Part shown: in pieces, positions 15,131 to 18,596 of the stretch
How the letters are laid out: each line of letters begins with the position of its first letter
Position numbering within the stretch: the first letter of the stretch is position 1
NCBI GenBank assembly: GCA_044342325.1
Contig: JBIIPZ010000049.1
Coordinates: 1 to 18,596, forward strand
Reading direction: 5' to 3'
DNA length: 18,596 nucleotides
DNA from: Terrimicrobiaceae bacterium
Lineage (GTDB): Bacteria > Verrucomicrobiota > Verrucomicrobiia > Chthoniobacterales > Terrimicrobiaceae
The notes under the pieces: model-generated
What the model was told of the DNA's origin: nothing
Database searches by the model: none
The model's input: only the letters and a program-made list of their open reading frames with translations
Made by a program: the position numbers and the translations under genes

Positions 15131-16192
15131 TCAGACCTTCTTTAACCTCTCCTTGACCACATCCCCCAGATACTTCTGAACCATCCGCTTCATGGGACGT
15201 GCTCCGAGAGCCTTGTTGATTCCCTTACGGATGAGCATCTCAACGGTTTCCTCATCCACCGTCAGTTCGATCCCCATCTTTCGGTAGCGCTCGATCTCTT
15301 CCCCAATCACGATCAAGGCAATCTCCCTTTGGGTATCTGGAGTCAGAGGCCTGAACACGATCTTCTCATCGAACCTCCCGATCAATTCAGGCCTGAAGTG
15401 CCGGTGTAGCTCCGCAAGAACAGCCCGCTCCAGTGTCGCAAACGGCAACCGTGTGGGTCTCATCAGCTGGTGGGAGCCGATGTTGCTTGTGCAAACCACA
15501 TAAAAACCGCTCAGGTCATAGGTGCGGTGATCAGCCAAAGTGATGCGCTCGGCATCGAGCATCTGAAGGAATATATCCCAGATCAGCCGTTGGGCGTGAC
15601 CCGTCGAATGGGTCATCTCATGGAAGAGGGTCTGGTAGTAGGACTCAGGGCTCCGGAAGGTTTTCTGAGCTGGCATCCGGATCACGTCCTCTCCCGGAGA
15701 ATAAACCGCCGCAAATCCCGTGTGGCAGATGGGACAGGTCTTGGCTTCCTCGACGATCTTGGCGGCCTTTTCGAGCGGGTGAAGTGGGTTCTGAACGACG
15801 ACCTGATTTTGGGCAGGTGGCGCGATGCCCTCGGTCTGGTCGAGGTTGAAGGCATTGCTCCAGCGGATGAAGGGAATCCGGGTGGGGCGTCCATTGCTTC
15901 CGAGGACGAGGATCCCTTGGTCATCCCGCTTTTCGAAAAGCTTGTAGTAGATGACCGGGGTGGCTGCCTCACCCTTCTTGACCTTGCCACCGAGGTCGTG
16001 GGCCTGTTTGAAGGTCAGCCAGTAGGGGGACTTGAACTCGCTGCCCCCTAGGATGAGGGCATTGATCCCCCGGTAGGGTTTTTTGGAGACGATATTCTGG
16101 ACTCCCATCCAGGGCTTCTGCCACGGGACGGTCCCGCGCTTGAGTTGGTCGATAAAGCGGGCCGTGATGAGCTCGCAGATGTCCTTGCTCAT
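15131..16192 (-). CDS. ardC: Chimeric ORF: ArdC-family antirestriction protein N-terminal part fused in frame to the C-terminal half of a ClpA/B-type AAA+ domain; probably a deletion product
   Basis: Residues ~1-203 carry ArdC motifs GTVPWQKPW, YRGINALIL, WLTFKQA..LGGKVKKGE, FNLDQTEGI, DVIRMP and YYQTLFHEMTHSTGH. The remainder carries Clp D2 motifs IFLQMLD, TSNIGS, FRPELIGRFDEKIVFRPL and GARPMKR. GGAGG SD upstream and an ATGA overlap with the previous gene. Confidence 0.85.
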   Translation of the reverse strand: MSKDICELITARFIDQLKRGTVPWQKPWMGVQNIVSKKPYRGINALILGGSEFKSPYWLTFKQAHDLGGKVKKGEAATPVIYYKLFEKRDDQGILVLGSNGRPTRIPFIRWSNAFNLDQTEGIAPPAQNQVVVQNPLHPLEKAAKIVEEAKTCPICHTGFAAVYSPGEDVIRMPAQKTFRSPESYYQTLFHEMTHSTGHAQRLIWDIFLQMLDAERITLADHRTYDLSGFYVVCTSNIGSHQLMRPTRLPFATLERAVLAELHRHFRPELIGRFDEKIVFRPLTPDTQREIALIVIGEEIERYRKMGIELTVDEETVEMLIRKGINKALGARPMKRMVQKYLGDVVKERLKKV

Positions 16193-16404
16193 AGGGCTAC
16201 CTCCTCTCGGGCGTGAACCAGGTGGAGGAGAGCTTCCTGATCGGAGAGACCGAACCGGCGCCCCACAGCAGACTTGAGGTCTTCTCCCTCAAGGTTGCCA
16301 GTGAAGAGCGGGGCCTCCTCGTTAGGAACACCACGGTCCACTAGACTGAAGAAGAAATCCTCAAGGATCAGGTCGTAGATTTGCTCGGGAGCCGGGTGAG
16401 CCAT
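16189..16404 (-). CDS. Small acidic hypothetical protein (~71 aa)
   Basis: ORF MAHPAPEQIYDLILEDFFF..EEVAL; its TGA overlaps the ardC ATG. The start could instead be GTG 16440, which overlaps the upstream stop. Confidence 0.65.
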   Translation of the reverse strand: MAHPAPEQIYDLILEDFFFSLVDRGVPNEEAPLFTGNLEGEDLKSAVGRRFGLSDQEALLHLVHAREEVAL

Positions 16405-16436
16405 GGAGGTGGAGTTCAATCCGTGGAACTTTCCGG

Positions 16437-16757
16437 TCACCGCCAGTTGATCGCGTGGCAGAAGTTCTCAACGAGATTCTCGACCTCGCTCTCGGTGTAA
16501 TGGAGCGAGAAGGCGAGGTCTTCGAGGCTCTCCCTCCCGATCAGGTCGGAACGGACGCAGTAGAGCACCACGGCGGCACGGAGGCCCTTCTCGGAAGGCT
16601 CGTCCGCTTCGGCGACCCACTCGAAGGTTCTGCCGAGGACTTGGCAGCTTCTTTCAATGCTATCGTCCCCATCTTGCGGGAGGGGTTCGATGTGTTCAAC
16701 AGGGTGCTGCGTGTCGGCGTAGTGGATGTCGTTTTCGGGTTTTTTGGGTGTGTTCAT
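16437..16757 (-). CDS. Hypothetical protein (~106 aa) with a possible C-terminal HTH
   Basis: Co-oriented with and abutting the next gene. The tail SLEDLAFSLHYTESEVENLVENF has HTH-like spacing. ATG 16757 is preferred; 16787 is possible. Confidence 0.65.
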   Translation of the reverse strand: MNTPKKPENDIHYADTQHPVEHIEPLPQDGDDSIERSCQVLGRTFEWVAEADEPSEKGLRAAVVLYCVRSDLIGRESLEDLAFSLHYTESEVENLVENFCHAINWR

Positions 16758-16790
16758 CCCGCGCACCTTGAATGAAAAAAAGACCATCGT

Positions 16791-16940
16791 TGCTCCCGAC
16801 CGGGAGCAGCGATTCGGGGGAGGTTTTTCCCGTTCGGGAATGATTTCGCCTTAATGGGTGTGTTTCAGGACTTGTATTCCCGATCGGGAAGATAGCAGCT
16901 TGCAGCGCTGCATATTTCGTGAGATGCTCCCGATCGGGAA
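16791..16940. promoter_or_regulatory. Array of four palindromic operators (TCCCG-N2-CGGGA) upstream of the antitoxin
   Basis: CTCCCGACCGGGAG 16793-16806, TTCCCGTTCGGGAA 16827-16840, TTCCCGATCGGGAA 16877-16890 and CTCCCGATCGGGAA 16927-16940. A candidate promoter TTGCAG(16900)-N17-GATGCT(16923) with an extended TG overlaps the last operator. Confidence 0.8.
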
Positions 16941-16952
16941 GATTCTATTTTT

Positions 16953-17180
16953 ATGAAACACACTCCAAAAGACATCGGGGCCGCAGTGAAGGCCGCTCGC
17001 AAGAGACTCGGGGTGACCCAAAGAGATCTGGCAATGACCTCGGGAACCGGATTGCGGTTCGTCAGTGATCTCGAACAAGGCAAGCCAACCTGTCAACTGG
17101 GCAAGGCGCTCTCCTTGCTCCACACGCTTGGGATTACCTTGGAGCTTCATGGAGTCGACGAGGAAGGGCCAAACTCGTGA
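16953..17180 (+). CDS. hipB: XRE-family HTH antitoxin (HipB-like, y4mF type)
   Basis: IGAAVKAARKRLGVTQRDLAMTSGTGLRFVSDLEQGKPTCQLGKALSLLHTLGI is a classic XRE HTH. GTGA overlap with the downstream hipA. Confidence 0.9.
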   Translation: MKHTPKDIGAAVKAARKRLGVTQRDLAMTSGTGLRFVSDLEQGKPTCQLGKALSLLHTLGITLELHGVDEEGPNS

Positions 17181-18424
17181 AGCGAATTCTGGATGTCTAT
17201 CTGCTTGGGGAGACAGTCGGAACCCTCGAGCAAGATGAGCATGGATCCATGCGTTTTACCTACTCGCCGGAGTGGCTTGTTCAAACCGGAGCGATCCCGC
17301 TTTCCCATTCACTGCCGTTGCGAGAAGAGGGTTTCGGACGCAATGAATCGCGGGGATTTTTTGCCGGAATTCTGCCAGAACAACGCCAACGCGAAGTGAT
17401 CGCTAAAAACCTTGGGGTTAGCGCCGGGAATGACTTCGCTTTGCTCGACCGGATCGGAGGCGAATGCGCCGGCGCGGTGACATTTCTCCGAAGGGGGCAA
17501 GAACCACTGGAGCAGAAGGAGGAATACCGGACTCTCTCGGCGGGAGAGTTGGCCGAGATTTTAAGAGCACTGCCGCGTCGCCCCTTGATGGCGGGAGATG
17601 AGGGCGTGCGACTCTCGCTTGCCGGGGCTCAGGAGAAGTTGGCCATCCATCGATCCCCTCAAGGAATCTCCATCCCCCTTGGAGGGGCACCCAGCACACA
17701 CATTCTCAAACCAGCGATCGAGCGCTTTGAGGGTCTCGTCCACAACGAGGCATTCTGCATGAGATTGGCGCGAGTGATAGGGCTCACTGTGGCTCCAGTA
17801 GAGGTCGGGAATATCGAGGGAATCGATTATCTGCTGGTGGAGCGTTATGACCGCCATTGGAAATCTGATGGAGAACCGATGGGTCAAAAGCTGAGGAGGA
17901 TTCATCAAGAGGATTTTTGCCAAGCCTTGGGGATCGTCCCCGAGAGGAAATACCAGAACGAAGGTGGGCCTTCTCTCAAGGAGAGCTTCGCCCTGCTTCG
18001 AGAGTGCTCTTCGTCACCAGTCCTCGATTTGAATGCCCTCTTGGATGCTGTGATCTTCAATGCCCTCATCGGCAACCATGATGCCCATGGGAAAAATTTT
18101 TCTCTGATTTACAGCGGGGGAAAAACACGAATGGCTCCGCTCTACGACCTTCTCTGCACAACATTCTACCCTGAGCTTTCGACCAAGATGGCCATGAAAG
18201 TCGGCGGAGAATATGACTCACGAAAGCTGACCGGTGCAAATTGGGAGCGCATGGCAGAGGAATCTGGACTCAATAAGCTCATGGTCAAACGTCGGGTGCT
18301 GGAGATGGCAGAGCAAATCAGACAGAAGCTTCCCGATGCTACCATCGCCCATCCGACCGCAGAGGGTGTTTCCAAGATCATCCAGAAGAGTTGTGAGTCT
18401 GCTTCGAAACGATTCAGGCTTTGA
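17177..18424 (+). CDS. hipA: HipA-family serine/threonine kinase toxin
   Basis: HipA N-terminal domain (LDVYL..VGTL..FTY..LSHSLPL..FFAGILPE), GGECAGAV, P-loop LSLAGAQEK, STHILKP, HQEDFCQALG..KYQ, catalytic IGNHDAHGKNFS and APLYD. Confidence 0.96.
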   Translation: MKRILDVYLLGETVGTLEQDEHGSMRFTYSPEWLVQTGAIPLSHSLPLREEGFGRNESRGFFAGILPEQRQREVIAKNLGVSAGNDFALLDRIGGECAGAVTFLRRGQEPLEQKEEYRTLSAGELAEILRALPRRPLMAGDEGVRLSLAGAQEKLAIHRSPQGISIPLGGAPSTHILKPAIERFEGLVHNEAFCMRLARVIGLTVAPVEVGNIEGIDYLLVERYDRHWKSDGEPMGQKLRRIHQEDFCQALGIVPERKYQNEGGPSLKESFALLRECSSSPVLDLNALLDAVIFNALIGNHDAHGKNFSLIYSGGKTRMAPLYDLLCTTFYPELSTKMAMKVGGEYDSRKLTGANWERMAEESGLNKLMVKRRVLEMAEQIRQKLPDATIAHPTAEGVSKIIQKSCESASKRFRL

Positions 18425-18596
18425 TCAAAAAAAGTGACTCTTGCTCCTTGCATGGGTCTTTGGCGGAAATACTCGCACCCCAGAGACATTTCACCTGAAA
18501 AGCCTTCATGCGCCCTGTGTCTTGGACGAGTGAAAAATAGTTAGACAACTCCATTCCCTTTTGGCATGAGCATGGGAATGAAAATCCAAGAAGTCG

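Noticed and set aside
15131..15142. TCAGACCTTCTT as a partner end for the IS terminus at 115-126
   Set aside because: Only a short match, explained by the coding end of the Clp-like fragment; no target duplication could be assessed.
16791..16940. Mini-CRISPR interpretation of the 50-bp periodic palindromes
   Set aside because: The repeats are only ~14 bp, the first interval is 34 bp, no cas genes are present, and the position fits TA operators.
18566..18596. Possible gene start MSMGMKIQEV at the right edge
   Set aside because: Only 10 codons are visible, too little to support a call.

Overview
The window has two parts. (1) About 1-14843 is a carbohydrate-catabolism locus. It opens with the 3' tail of a probable transposase. 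A + strand run then encodes a 1211-aa secreted protein of unknown family, a secreted LamG-like protein, a 654-aa protein that appears to be a distant homologue of the 1211-aa protein, a Gfo/Idh/MocA oxidoreductase and a GH2 beta-galactosidase. This run converges on a - strand unit (Gfo/Idh/MocA::ThuA-like fusion plus a sugar-phosphate isomerase/epimerase TIM barrel) that is divergent from an AraC regulator. The 5' end of the isomerase gene occurs three times (one intact gene, one tandem frameshifted copy, one inverted copy with a stop codon), and a decayed H-X9-DG prepilin-type tail lies at the junction. (2) About 14940-18424 is a decayed mobile-element remnant: a group II intron reverse-transcriptase fragment missed by the ORF track, an in-frame ArdC::Clp-type AAA+ chimera, two small hypothetical genes, and an intact hipBA-type toxin-antitoxin pair with four palindromic operators. 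Gene content suggests a PVC-group (probably Verrucomicrobia) host, which is an inference. All family calls come from motifs read by eye; no database searches were run, and identities are hand counts.
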